Source: Geosiphon pyriformis uo1 | Taxonomy: Eukaryota > Fungi > Glomeromycota | Reading direction: 5' to 3' | Length of the DNA: 64,000 nt | Assembly: GCA_016748015.1 (NCBI GenBank) | Contig: JAAOMT010000591.1 | Location: 543,050-607,049, forward strand | In this document: positions 39,270 through 52,352 of the stretch, piece by piece | Layout of the letters: each line of letters opens with the position of its first letter | Position numbering within the stretch: the first letter of the stretch is position 1 | Program-made: the position numbers and the translations under genes | The notes under the pieces: generated by a model | The model's input: only the letters and a program-made list of their open reading frames with translations | What the model was told of the DNA's origin: nothing | Databases searched by the model: none

Positions 39270-40571
39270 TTATACTTGGTTTTTGCTAATCATTTGGGTC
39301 AGTATTATCACAACTGGTAACCAATCAAGTCATTTGTAATATTTCTTGAATTGCAGGCCATGAACAGGACGATCATTAAAGATTGTTCTGGATTGATCTT
39401 GAAGAATATAAGAACTATTGTTCAAAACTTTGTTGACTATAAAGGGACCTTTCTACCGGCTAGAGAATTTATCACCATAGACATTGTCTCTGTCTGAGCA
39501 GTATTCCAAAACTAAGTTACCAACACTTAAAGAAAGTGTTTTATAAGTTTTTTTTTTTTTAAGCTTTTCTTGGAACTGTTTTATCTTTTTAAAGACAATT
39601 ATTCGTGCTTCTACAAGTGAGTCAAGAATGGTACCAAGTCTCCTTTGCAAAATGTCTTTGTAATTCCCTATTGTGATCTCTTTAAAGAGTATTGTCTCAA
39701 TATCAGTTTTTATTGGTAGTGTTGTCATTTATCCATAGAGCAGATAAAAAAGTTCATAACTTGTTATGTCATGATTCACAGTTCTATAAGCAAACAAAGC
39801 TGAAGGCATTACTTTGTTTCATAAGTTTGTTTCTTCACTTGTTTTGGCTAAAATTTCAATTGAAATGTTTCACTAGGCTATTTGTTTGGGGGTGATAAAG
39901 GAAGAAAGTTTGTGATGTATTCCCATTTTTCCACAAAGTTCTTCAACCAGTGTACTGAGAAAGGCTTTTTTTTTATCAGATAATAGTTCTTTGGGGCAGC
40001 CATGGCGACAAATGATATTTTCATAAATGAAATTGGCTATTGAGACTGCTGTTTGATCTGGAATGGCTCTTGCTTCTATCCACTTTGTAAGATAGTTGGT
40101 AGCTGTGATGATGTATCTGTTGCCATTAGGAGTTACTGTTAAAGTTCCAACAACATTTATACCAATTCTGTCAAATGGTTGACTAACAGAGATTGGATGG
40201 ATATCTTCTTTGCAATTGGGTTTTTCTCTTCTTTGGCAGGTATTACAGATTTTAATGTATTCAGCAATGTCTTTTCCCAAAGTAGGCCAATAATAGCAAG
40301 CTAAGATTTTCTGAATTGTTTTTGTTTTTCCAAAGTGTCCAGCTAATAGATCAGTGTGCATATTGTAGATCACAATTTCTCTTTCTTCAAATCTTATGAC
40401 TCTCTGGAGGCGGTCAGGATCTTTTCTATTTTATTTATATAATTGATTCTGGCAGATCAAATAAAAATTTGATTGTTTGTGCAAATGTTCTCTTTGCTGT
40501 TGATTGTATTCCAGTGGGTATTGTTCTTTACCCAAAAATTCCATTAAGGCAGAGTAGCTGTCCAAGTCTAT
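39270..40571 (-). pseudogene. int: A2 stand-alone integrase ORF, disrupted
   Basis: MHTDLLAGHFG...CNTC, YLTKWIEA; separated from the pol stop by a non-coding spacer. Confidence 0.87.
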
Positions 40572-40636
40572 TATTGTGTTTGGTTGTGAAAGAATTACTA
40601 ATAATTAGATTGGTTTGGTTTGAGGTAGTTGTATTG

Positions 40637-43330
40637 TCACTGGATGGTAAGTCTAGAAAGAGCATCAGCATTTTAATGATATGCTCTTTTGTGATGTTGA
40701 ATATTATAGTCAAATTTATCTAAGTGGAGTATCCAGTAAGTTATTTTTTTATGTTCTAGCTTCTTTTTGTTGCATAACCAAACCAAAGCTTGGTGATCTG
40801 TTACTACCAGGAATTTGGCACCAAGAAAATATTTGTTCCAATAACTAGTAGCCCATACTACTGCCAAGCATTCTTGTTCAGTCACCAAGTAGTTCTGCTC
40901 TGCTGGTGAGAAAGTTCTACTGGCATATGCTATGGCATGTTCTTTGCCATCTTCATCTTTCTGGGATAGAACAGCTTCAAGTCAATAGCCAGATGCATCA
41001 GTGTGGAGGATGAAAGGTTGATCTAGATCAGGTTGCTTTAGAATTGGTTCAGTGACTAGTTTTTCTTTTAGAGTTTCAAAAGCTTTTTGTTGGTGTGTGC
41101 CCCAATGGTAGTTGATGTTTTTCCTGAATAGCTGATTAAGTAGAGCAGCTATTTTGGAGAAATCCTTGACAAATTTGTGATAATAGGAAGCCAAACCAAG
41201 GAAAGAGCATAGTTCATGAACATTCATTGATTGTCTAATGTTCTGGACTTTTTCAATCTTAGCTGGGTCAGGAAAAATTCCATCTTTTGTGATAAGATGA
41301 CCAAGGAATTGGGTGGATTGTCTTCCAAAGAAAAAGTTGATCAGGTTGATTTTAAGACCTGCATTTCTGAGAAGATCAAAAACCTTTTGCAAATGTACAA
41401 AGTGTTCATCCTAGGTTTTTGAGTATACCATTATATCATCCAGATAGACCAAAACAAAGTTTTTTTTCACTAATTCAAATACTTTATCTATTAAGTGTTA
41501 AAAGATGAAAAGAGCATTGGTGAGACCAAAAGGCATGACTGTGAATTCATAGATGCCATACTTGGTGATAAAGGCAGTTTTCTTCCAGCTTTCTGGATCC
41601 ATCTCTACTTGCCAGAATTTAGCAGTTAGATCAATGGTTGAAAAGAAAGCAGCATCTTTGAATTGGTCCAGCATTGCATCAATCTTGGAAAGTGGGTACA
41701 TGTCTCTTTTAGTGATGGTATTTAATTGGTGGTAGTCAACACAGAAGCATAGAGTTCCACCTTTCTTGGATACCACTACAACTGGAAAAGCCCATTCACT
41801 TTTGGTTTCTTGTATGAATCCAAGTTCTTTCATCCAGTTTATCTCTTTCTTGATGAACTCATTATTGTGCCGATTGGATTGATATGGCTTCAAATGGATG
41901 GGGCGAGTTTCTCTGGTGGTGATAGTGTGTTGTATCACATAAGTTCATCTAGGGGTATCACCTTCTTTTGAGATAACTGGGCTATTTTTAGCCAACAGAT
42001 TTTTAATGTCTATCTTTTTTTCTTCTGGGGAGAGTTTTTTTTGTTCTATAACTAATAATTGGATTTCAGGTAGTTCATTCTCAAAGGACTTTTGTACTTC
42101 TTTTAATTCTTTTTTTGGTATCAAACTGATTGGTTTCCAATCTTTGTAATAGATTAGGCAGGATTTGTATTTGTCACTTGGAGAATACAAGGGTTGATTG
42201 CACCAGCACTGGGCACAAGGACCATGTCACCAATAATAGTACTTGGCTTTCTTGCTAGGCTTCTGGTCAAAAGTTCTTCTTAGGATATCATAGTAGGGCC
42301 AGCAGATCAGCTTGCCATTTACAATGATTCCTTTTCTGTCAGTTTTGATATTGTCCAGTAGTTTACCATTGCTGGTGAAGGTGGTATAGGCAAGTTCAGC
42401 AGTTTTTTTTTGTTTCTCTTGTTCTTCTTCATTATTACTTTCTTCATCATCTGATTCCTCTGATTGTTTTTCTTCCTGATTCTGTTTTGGTGTTGGAGGG
42501 GTTGTCCAGTAGCGACACTTAACCACAATGGGCTTCTCACCACATCTGATGGTTAGCTCACAAAGTTCATAGTCAAGTAATGCTTTGGCTTTCTTGAGCC
42601 ATTCATTTCCAACAATAATAGTGTATTTCTTGGCTTCAGAAACTTCCATGTCAGTTTCAATGCTGATGCCATTGATACAGACAGAAACAGCTTTGGCTAT
42701 GCCCAGATCTTTCTTCTTGTTACCATGTACATTGGTTATTGGTCAGGTGGAAGGTTCATCAATTTTTCTCCCAATTACTTCCAAAAAGTGTTTGGCAATG
42801 ACGCTAACAGATGATCTACTGTCCAGGATCAAGTCAATGAAATAGCCAGCCACTTGGGCTTTGCAAATTAATGGAGTGACATTGTTGTTGTCAGCAAGTC
42901 TAGCTTGGCAAGGACATTTATTGGTTTTTGGTGTTTTCTTCTTGGGAATTAGAGATTTGTGGAGATCTTTTCTGAATTGTGGGTTGGTCATTAGTTGGCC
43001 AAAGGTAATGTGTGTAGGAGTTTCCATGAGATCTTTGACAACAGAATAAGGACCAGATTTTTGTACTATTTCTGGGAATTCCAACTTTGGAGGATTCTTA
43101 AAGACTTTAGCCTTTGGTGGCTCATTATTATTAACAATTGATGTGGATGGTTTATTTGGATCTAAAACAAAATCAACCTTGGCTTTCTTCATCTTCTTTT
43201 TTGATTCTGAGGTGTTGATTGCTAGTTCATCCATGTCATGGTCATCATCAGTTAAGTTAAAAGCATAAAAGGGGTTTTCTTCTGGTTGGCTTGCACTCTC
43301 ATTCTTTGGAGGTGCACCTACCAATTTAAA
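40637..43330 (-). pseudogene. pol: A2 pol (PR-RT-RH), disrupted
   Basis: LILDSRSSVS, MPFGLTNA, VYLDD, HTDASG, NADALSRL; stop TGA. Confidence 0.9.
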
Positions 43331-44871
43331 GGCTGGTAAACTGTGGCTTCAACTAGGGGATTCTCTCCAAAGAAATTGATGTTGGCATGATTGGGTCTTT
43401 GATTGGGGGCATTGTTGTTATTGATTTTGTTGTTCTGGTTGTCATTGTTTCTAGGAACTGGAGGAGGCAAAGGAGGATTGTTGCAATCTCTGGAGAAATG
43501 TCCAGTTAATCCACATCTATAACACACAGGAGAGCCACAATTTTGCTGTCTTTGGTAAGGGGGTTGCTGGGGCTAATTAAAACAGTTTTCAAATCTGGGT
43601 CTTTGTGGTTGCTGGTTATCTCTGACTGCTTGGGCTAATGGTTTTAATAGCTGAGGAAGATTTGCTGTAAGTCTATCTATTAATTGTTTATTTGGATCTT
43701 GTGTTTGGGCAGCAAAAGAAGTAGCAGCCATTTGAGGAGTAGGAGCCATAACAGGAGCAGGAGCAAAAACTGGAAGTGTGGATCCCAAATGCATTCTTTG
43801 ATTGTTTTCAATTCTTTGGGCGAGTTCAATGGCCATATTCATGGTGGGATTATCTTTTAAAGCCAAGAGAGGCCAAAGAGCATACGATAAATCAGTTCTC
43901 AATTCTTTTGTAAAGGAGTGGATCTTTTGCTCTTCAGTCCAGTTTCTATCAGAGTTTACATGCTTAATGAGTTTTCTGATTGCTTTGGCATATTCAGTCA
44001 CAACTTCACCAGGATCTTGGGTTCTTCTTTCTAATTCCATATGCCATTTGGATATTAAGATAGGGGTTCTGAATTTGTTTTCAAACCAGGTAGTGAAAGA
44101 GGTGTTGTTTTCTCCAATATTTGCTGGGGTCTATCTAACAATTCTTTGTTGAGCACCAGCATTGGTTTTTTGTGAAAACCAGGTAGCAGGGGAGCCTTGG
44201 AGGTAGCCACCAACAATTTGGAACTTGTATTCATCATTATACTGGTTTGCAGTGGCTGCTTTTTCAAAATTGTTTAACCATTCAATTGGATCTTGGACAT
44301 CACCTCTAAATAGAGGTAGTGGGGTGTTGTTTCTTCGCCCCAAAGCAGTTTGTATGCTTTGGAGGGCAGCCAGAATGTTTGCCTGCATGGGATCTTGGGC
44401 CATTGGTTCAGGGGTTACTGTTTGAGTGGAATGTTCTGATTCACTTAAAAAGAGATCAAAAATAGGAGCAGTTTGGTAACTTTCTTCTTCTGTTTCAAGG
44501 AGAGTTATAGTTGATTGGTGAGCAGCAACCCAAATGTGTATTTGGTGATTCAGATATTCGAAATTAGGGGGCTGTTGTGTGAAAGTTGTGGAGTATAAAA
44601 GCTGATTGATGCTATTATTTCTTTCTTCAAAGTTGTCTTCAAAATAAGCTTGGTCAAAGTAATAAGTTATATATGCTGTATAGGTTTTAGCTGAGTGCTC
44701 ATTTAGGAACCAGTTCCAAAAGTCTTGGAATTGTCTACTAGATTGTTCTTCAAGGGGAAAGCAGATCAAGCAGGAGAGCAAGGGATTGAGTTCAATAAAG
44801 TCTAGATCATTTCTGTGGTGTGCTGCAAAGTGTTCTTCTGATTGCTATGGCAGATATGAATAATCACCCAT
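43318..44871 (-). pseudogene. gag: A2 gag, disrupted
   Basis: PLFRGDVQDPIEWL; intact knuckle CYRCGLTGHFSRDC. Confidence 0.88.
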
Positions 44872-44923
44872 ACAATGAGAAAATAAGTAAATTTTGACAA
44901 CCTCACAGGGAGTACCACTTTTA

Positions 44924-45622
44924 TGTTCTGGGTTGGAGTAACAAGCTAATAGATAGCAAGAGAAAACAGGATTGTAGGGTGATGGAAATAATCAAAGGGA
45001 ATTTCAACTTTAAAGAGTGAATTAAATGAGTATGGATTCAATGTGCAAGATCAGTCTCATAAAATATCTCAGTCACTATTCTTTTCAAAGGTAACTGGGA
45101 AATCTAAAGGTAGAGGGATAGTCCGTACTATCAACAAATGATCACACTTGGTATAATTCTATGCCTCATGTCAGTGCTTTTAGAATTCAATATCAAGTAT
45201 CAGATGTGCTCTTCAGTCACATTTTATTCAATAATCTTCAAATACTTCATTTAATTGTTTCAGAAAAAGGCAGATAAACACCAACAAGAGATCTTTTATC
45301 CAAAAGATGTTCAGATACTTGAAGATAGGGAAAGAGAAATTAGTGATAAGAGAATATTTGAGATGAAAGTTGTTTTATTATATTTCTTTGATTGTTGGGA
45401 ACATACTTTTCTACAGCTAAGAGACTCATTGCTTATATAGCTATGAAAAGTAGTCAATGACCAGGTCAACGACCAGGTCAATGATTAAGTCAATGATCAG
45501 ATCAACAGTCAGGTCATTGATCAGATCAATGATTACTATCTAAAAATAGGTTGGCTAATTATATGACATCAGTGGCTAATACATGTGATAACTAATAAAA
45601 ACTATGATTTTCAACCATAACA
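44924..45622 (-). repeat. 5' LTR of A2 (seven 12-bp units)
   Basis: Adjacent to the PBS; pairs with 27734-28459. Confidence 0.93.
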
Positions 45623-45626
45623 ATAT

Positions 45627-45697
45627 CAAAATTCCTATCTACAATACAACAGGAGATGTTCTTGAGATACCAAAAGAAACTACTATAGAATATTTAA
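45627..45697 (+). pseudogene. Short fragment of a family-B-like pol, the target of the A2 insertion
   Basis: IKIPIYNTTGDVLEIPKETTIEYL matches IKIPIYNNTGNVIVISAGTTIGYL at ~34171-34242. Confidence 0.7.
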
Positions 45698-45921
45698 TTT
45701 TTTTTTGTTAATGTGTAACCATGCTGGTCTTTTATTAGTTTAGCCACACTTAAAAAGCATGATCTTTTCATAAAGCCAACTCACCGAATAATCTAAATTA
45801 CAAGATGTGGCTAACCACTAAGTAATTATGTCTAACTACATGCTAGTATAACCAAAAAATCTATGGGGTATCACACTATTACACAAAGTACTCCTACCAC
45901 AAAAAACATTAGTCAGTATAC

Positions 45922-46658
45922 TGTTACAGTTGAAACCCATAATTTTTATTAGTTATTACATGTATTAGCCATTGATGTCATATAATTAACCATTCTATTT
46001 TCAGATAGTGATCATTGATCTGATTAATGACCTGACTATTGACCTAATTATTGACCTGATCATTGACCTGATCAATGACTTGATTGTTGACCTGATCATT
46101 GACCTGATTATTGACCTAGTTGTTGACCTGGTGGTTGACCACTTTCATTAACTATATAAGCAATGAGTTTCTTAGCAGTAGAAAATCATCTCTCAGACAA
46201 GAATCAAATAAATAAAAATAACAATTTCATCTCAATCACTCTCTTATTGCTAATTTCCCTTTCTCTACCTTCAAGTATCCGAACATCTTAGGATAAAAGA
46301 TTACTTGTTGGCCTTTTCCTGACATATATAATTGTAGCATTTGAAGATTATTTGAATAAACGTGACTGAAAAGCACAAGTTGATACCTGATATTGAATTC
46401 TAAGAGCGCTGATGTGAGGCATAAAATTATACCAGTGGTGATTAATTGTTGACAGTATGGACTATCCCTCTATCTTCAGATTCCCCAGTTACCTTTGAAA
46501 AGAATAGTGACTGAGATATTTTATGAAACTGATCTCACACATTGAATCCATACTCATTTAATTTGCTCATTGAAGTTGAATCCTCTTTGATTATTTCTAT
46601 CACCCTACAATCCTGTTCTCCCTTGCTATCCGTTAGCTTGTTACTCCAACCCATAACA
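45922..46658 (+). repeat. 5' LTR of A3 (737 bp, eleven 12-bp units)
   Basis: TGTTACAG...CCCATAACA. Confidence 0.95.
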
Positions 46659-46710
46659 TAAAAGTGGTGCTCCCTGTGAGATTGTCAAAATTCACTTATT
46701 CTCTCATTGT

Positions 46711-48263
46711 ATGGGTGATTACTCATATCTGTCACAGCAATTAGAATACTTTGCAGCACACAACAGAAATGACCTAGATTTTATTGAACTTAATCCTCTG
46801 CTCTTCTGCTTGATCTACTTTTCCATTGAAGAACAATCTAGCAGACAATTCCAAGACTTTTGGAACTGGTTCCTAAATGAGCATTCAGCTGAAACCTACA
46901 CAACTTATACAACCTATTACTTTGATCAAGCTTATTTTGAAGACAACTTTGAAGAAAGAAACAACAGTATCAATCAGCTCTTATATTCTACAACCTTTGA
47001 ACAACAGCCCCCTGATTTTGAATATCTGAATCATCAAATCCACATTTGGATTGCTGCCCATCAATCAACAGTAACTCCCCTTAAAACAGAAAATAAAAAC
47101 TACCAAACAGCCTCTATTTTTGATCCCTTCTTAAGTAAATTAGAGCACTCCACACAAACAGTAACTCCTGAACCAATGGCCCAAGATCCAATGCAAGTAA
47201 ACATCCTGGCCGCCCTCCAAGGCATACAAACTGCTTTGGGGTGAAGAAACAACACCCCACTACCCCTATTCAGAGGTGATGCCCAAGATCCAATTGAATG
47301 GTTGGATGATTTTGAAAGAGCAGCCACTGCAAACCAGTATGATGATAAATACAAGTTCCAAATCATTGGTGGCTACCTCCAAGGCTCCCCTGCTACCTGG
47401 TTTTCACAAAAAACCAATGCTGGTGCTCAACAAAGAATTGTTAAATGGACCCCAGCAAATATTGGAGAAAACAATACCTCTTTCACTACCCGATTTGAAA
47501 ATAAATTCAGAACCCCCATCTTAATATCCAAATGGCATATGGAATTAGAAAGAAGAACCTAAGGTCCTGGTGAAATTGTGACCGAATATGCCAAAGCAAT
47601 CAGAAAACTCATTAAGCATGTAGACTCTGGTAGAAACTGGACTGAAGAGCAAAAAATCCACTCCTTCACAAAAGGATTAAGAACTGATTTATCATATGCT
47701 CTTTGGTCTCTCTTGGCTCTGAAAGACAACCCTACAATGGATATGGCTATTGAACTCGCCCAAAGGATTGAAGATAACCAAAAGATGCATTTGGGATCCA
47801 CGCTTCCAATTTTCACTCCTGCTCCTGTCATGGCCCCTGCTCCTCAAGTGGCTGCTACTTCTTTTGCTGCCCAAACCCAAGACCCAAATAAACAATTGAT
47901 AGATAGACTCACAGCTAACCTTGCCCAGTTATTAGAACCATTGACACAAGCAGTCAGAGATAACCAGCAACCACCAAGACCTAGATATGAGCCTCGTTTT
48001 AACTAGCCCCAGCACCTCCCTATCAAAGACAGCAAAATCATGGCCCACCTGTGTGCTATCATTGTGGATTAACTGGACATTATTCAAGAGATTGTAACAA
48101 TCCTCCACTGCCTCCTCCAGCTCTCAAAAACAATGACAACCAAAACAACAGACCCAACAACAACAACAATGTCCCCAATCAAAGACCCAATCATGCCAAC
48201 ATCAATTTCTTTGGAGAGGATTCCTTAGTTGAAGCCACTGTTTATCAGTCTTTAAACTGGTAG
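46711..48263 (+). pseudogene. gag: A3 gag, disrupted
   Basis: Capsid motif; CYHCGLTGHYSRDC; ends ...LNW*. Confidence 0.9.
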
Positions 48264-48300
48264 GTGCACCTCCAAAGGGTGAGAGTGCAAGCCAACCAGA
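48251..48300 (+). promoter_or_regulatory. Candidate -1 programmed ribosomal frameshift site (T TTA AAC plus downstream hairpin)
   Basis: X XXY YYZ heptamer in gag phase two codons before the gag stop. pol is in the -1 frame. Conserved at 21615 and 43324-43330 (-). Confidence 0.8.
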
Positions 48301-50944
48301 AGAAAACCCCTTTTACACTTTTAACTTAACTGATGATAACCATGACATGGATGAACTAGCAATCAACACCTCAGAACCAACCAGAAAGAAGAAGAAAGCC
48401 AAGGTTGATTTCATTCTAGACCCCAACAAAGCCTCAACTTCTGCTGCTGATAACAATGAGCCACCAAAGGCTAAAGTTTTTAAGAATCCTCCAAAGTTGA
48501 AACCCCCAGAAATTGTACAAAAATCTGGACCCTATTCCATTGTCAAAGATCTCATGGAAACCCCAGCACATATTACCTTTGGCCAGTTAATGACTCACCC
48601 ACAGTTCAGAAAGGATCTTCGCAAATCCTTGATTCCAAAGAAGAAGACACCAAAAACCCACAAGCGCTCTCACCAAGTTGGATTTGCTGACAACAGCAAT
48701 GTCACCCCTCTGATTTGTAAAGCCCAAGTGGCTGAATACTTCATTGATTTAATTCTGGACAGTGGATCATCTGTTAGTGTCATTGCCAAACACTTCTTGG
48801 AAGCAATTGGTAGAAAGATTGATGAACCTTCCACCAGACCAATGACCAACGTACATGGTGACAAAAAGAAAGGACTGGGTATTGCCAAAGCTGTTCCTGT
48901 TTGCATCAATGGAATCAGCATTGAAACTGACATGGAAGTTTCTGAAGCCAAGGAATACACCATCATTGTTGGCAATGAATGGCTCAAGAAAGCAAAAGCT
49001 TTGCTTGATTATGAACTTTGTGAATTAACCATCAGATGTGGTGAGAAACCCATTGTGGTTAAGTGTTGCCATTGGACAACTCCTCCAGTACCCAAACAAA
49101 ACCAAAAAGAAGAACAATCAGATGAATCAGATGATGAAGAGAGTGATGAAGAAGAAGAACAAGAAGAGCAAGAAAAAACTGCTGAACTCACCTATACCAC
49201 CTTCACCAGCAATGGCAAACCACTGGACAATGTTAAAGCAGACAAAGAAAGAATCATTGTAAATGGCAAGCTAATCTGCTGGCCTTATTATGATATTCTT
49301 AGAAGAACCTTTGAAAGAAAACCTGGCAAGAAAGCCAAATACAGTTTTTGGTGGCATGGTCTTTGTGCCCAGTGTTGGTGCAACAAACCCTTGTATTCTC
49401 CAAGCGATGAATGCAAATCATGCCTGATCTATTACAGAGATTTGGAACCAATCAGTTTGATACCCAGAGAAGAATTGAAAGAAGTACAGAAGTCCTTTGA
49501 GAATGAACCACCTGAGATTCAATTACTGGTTGTAGAACAAAAAGAACTCTCCCCAGAAGAAAAAAAAATAGACATTGAAAATTTGCTGGCTAGAAATAGC
49601 CCAGTTATTTCCAAAGAAGGTGATACCCCTGGACGTACCCATGTGATACAACACACCATCATCACCAGAAAAACTCGACCCATCCATTTGAAGCCTTATC
49701 AATCCAATCGGCACAATGATGAGTTTATCAAGAAAGAGATAAACCGGATGAAAGAACTTGGATTCATACAAGAAACCAAAAGTGAATGGGCTTTCCCAGT
49801 TGTAGTGGTATCCAAGAAAGGTAGAACACTATGCTTCTGTGTCAACTACTGCCAGCTAAATGCCATCATTAAAAGAGACATGTACCCACTTCCCAAGATT
49901 GATGCAATGTTAGACCAATTCAAAGATGCTGCTTTCTTCTCAACTATTGACTTAACTGCTGGATTCTGGCAAGTAGAGATGGATCCAGAAAGCAGAAAGA
50001 AAACTGCCTTCATTACCAAGTATAGCACCTATGAATTCACAGTCATGCCTTTTGGTCTCACCAACACCCCTCCTACCTTTCAATGCTTAATGGATAAAGT
50101 ATTTGAATCAGTCAAGGAAAACTTTGTTTTAGTCTATTTGGACAACATAATGGTATACTCAAAAACCTGGGATGAACACCTGGAACATTTGCAAAAGGTT
50201 TTTGACCTTCTCAGAAATGCTGGCCTCAAGATCAACCCAATCAAATCTTTCTTTGGAAGACAATCTACCCAGTTCCTTGGTCATCTTATCACAAAAGATG
50301 GAATCTTTCCTGACCCAGCCAAAGTTGAAAAAGTCCAAAACATCAAACAACCAATAAACATTCATGAACTATGCTCTTTTCTTGGTTTGGCCTCTTATTA
50401 TCGCAAATTTGTCAAGGATTTCTCCAAAATTGCCTTTCCTCTCAATCAGCTACTCAGAAAAAATGTCAATTACCATTGGGGAACACATCAGCAAAAAGCC
50501 TTTGAAACTTTAAAGGAAAAACTGGTTACAGAATCCATCCTCAAGCAATCTGATCTAGATCGACTCTTTATCCTCCACACTGATGCATCTGGCTTTGGAC
50601 TTGGTGCTGTTCTCTTCCAGAAAGATGAAGATGGCAAAGAACATGCCATAGTCTATGCCAGTAGAACTCTTTCCCTAACAGAACAGAACTATTCAGTTAC
50701 TGAACAAGAATGCTTAGCAGTAGTATGGTCCACCAGTTACTGGAGTAAGTATCTTCTTGGTGTGAAGTTTTTGGTGGTAACAGATTACCAAGCTTTGGTT
50801 TGGCTGCGCAACAAAAAAAGGCTAGAACACAAATGGATAACTTGCTGAATACTCCACTTGGATGAATTTGACTATGATATTCAACATCACAAAGGAGCTA
50901 ATCATCAAAATGCTGACACTTTCTCCAGACTTACTATCCAGTAA
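48251..50944 (+). pseudogene. pol: A3 pol (protease, RT, RNase H); 833-aa open stretch, YLDD mutated to YLDN, one late premature stop
   Basis: LILDSGSSVS, TIDLTAGFWQV, MPFGLTN, HTDASGFGLGAVL, EQECLAVVW; terminal TAA 50942-50944. Confidence 0.93.
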
Positions 50945-51010
50945 CAGAACAACCCTCTTAAACCAAACCAACTTAATTATTAGTAATTCCCTTTTTTGAC
51001 AAACATGATA

Positions 51011-52311
51011 ATGGACTTAGACAACTACTCTGCCTTAATGAAATTTTTGGGTAAAGGACAATACCCACCAAAATACACATGACAACAAAGAAAACATTTG
51101 CACAAACAATCAAATTTCTATTTGATTTGCCAGAACCAACTTTATAAAAGAAATAGAAAAGATCCTGACCGCCCCCAGAGAATCATCAGATTTGAAGAAA
51201 GAGAAATTGTGATCTACAATATGCACACTGATCCATTAGCTGGACACTTTGGAAAAACAAAAACAATTCAGAAAACTCTAGCTCACTATTATTGGCCTAC
51301 CTTGGGAAAAGATATTGCTGAATACATCAAAACCTGTGATATCTGCCAAAGAAGAGGAAAAAAGATATCCATCCAATCTCTGTTGGTCAACCCTTTGACA
51401 GAATTGATATAGATGTTGTTGGACCTTTAACAATAACTCCTAATGGCAACAGATACATTATCACAGCTACCAACTATCTTACAAAGTGGGTAGAAGCAAG
51501 AGCCACTTCAGACCAAACAGCAGCCTCAATAGCCAATTTCATTTATGAAGATATCATTTGTCACTATGGCTGCCCCAAAGAACTTTTATTTGACAGAGAA
51601 AGAGCTTTTCTCAATACACTTGTTGAAGAACTTTGTAAAAAAATGGGAATACATCACAAACTTTCCTCTCCTTATCACCCCCAAACAAATGGTCTAGTGG
51701 AACATTTCAATAGAACACTATGTGAAACCTTAGCCAAAACCAGTGAAGAAACAAACTTATGGGACAAAGTACTGCCTTCAGCCTTGTTTGCTTATAGAAC
51801 TGTGAATTATGACATAACAAGTTATGAACCCTTTTATCTACTCTATGGACAAATGGCAACCCTACCAATAGAAACTGACATTAAGACAATACCCTTTGAA
51901 GAAATAACAATAGGGAATTACAAAGACATTTTGCAAAGAAGACTTGGTACCATTCTTGACTCATTAGTAGAAGCACGGATAATTGCCTTTGAAAAGATAA
52001 AACAATTCCAAGAGAAGCTTAAGAAAAAGAAAACATATAAAACACTTTCCTTAAGTGTTGGTGACTTAGTTTTAGAATACCACTCAGACAGAGACAATGT
52101 CTATAGTGATAAATTCTCTAGCCAGTGGAAAAGACCCTTTATAGTCAACAAAGTTTTGAACAATGGTTCTTATATCTTACAAAATCAATATGGAACAATC
52201 TTCAATGATCACTCTGTTCATGGCACATGACTCAAAAAATATCACAAATGACCTAATTGGTTACCTGTTGTGGTAATACCGACCCAAATGATCAACAAAA
52301 ATCAGATATAA
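51011..52311 (+). pseudogene. int: A3 stand-alone integrase ORF, disrupted
   Basis: ATG GAC TTA GAC at 51011 after in-frame TAA...TAG TAA; HHCC domain, DDE core, SH3-like C-terminus; no chromodomain. Confidence 0.9.
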
Positions 52312-52352
52312 ATAAATGCACCATTCCCAAAACAGAGGTATCTTCAATTGAC

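Larger units (their letters stand above)
27734..45622 (-). mobile_element. Ty3/Gypsy family A copy 2 (diverged subfamily), interrupted in ORF3 by the family B element
   Basis: 5' LTR 44924-45622, 3' LTR 27734-28459. TSD ATAT at 27730-27733 and 45623-45626. PBS 44901-44917. gag 44871-43318, pol to TGA at 40637, IN 40571-39270, ORF3 39228-38824 plus 28684-28429. Confidence 0.95.

Noticed and set aside
52000-52311. Chromodomain at the integrase C-terminus
   Set aside because: IN ends shortly after the SH3-like/GPF region; no Y.VKW.G-type motif in either family.
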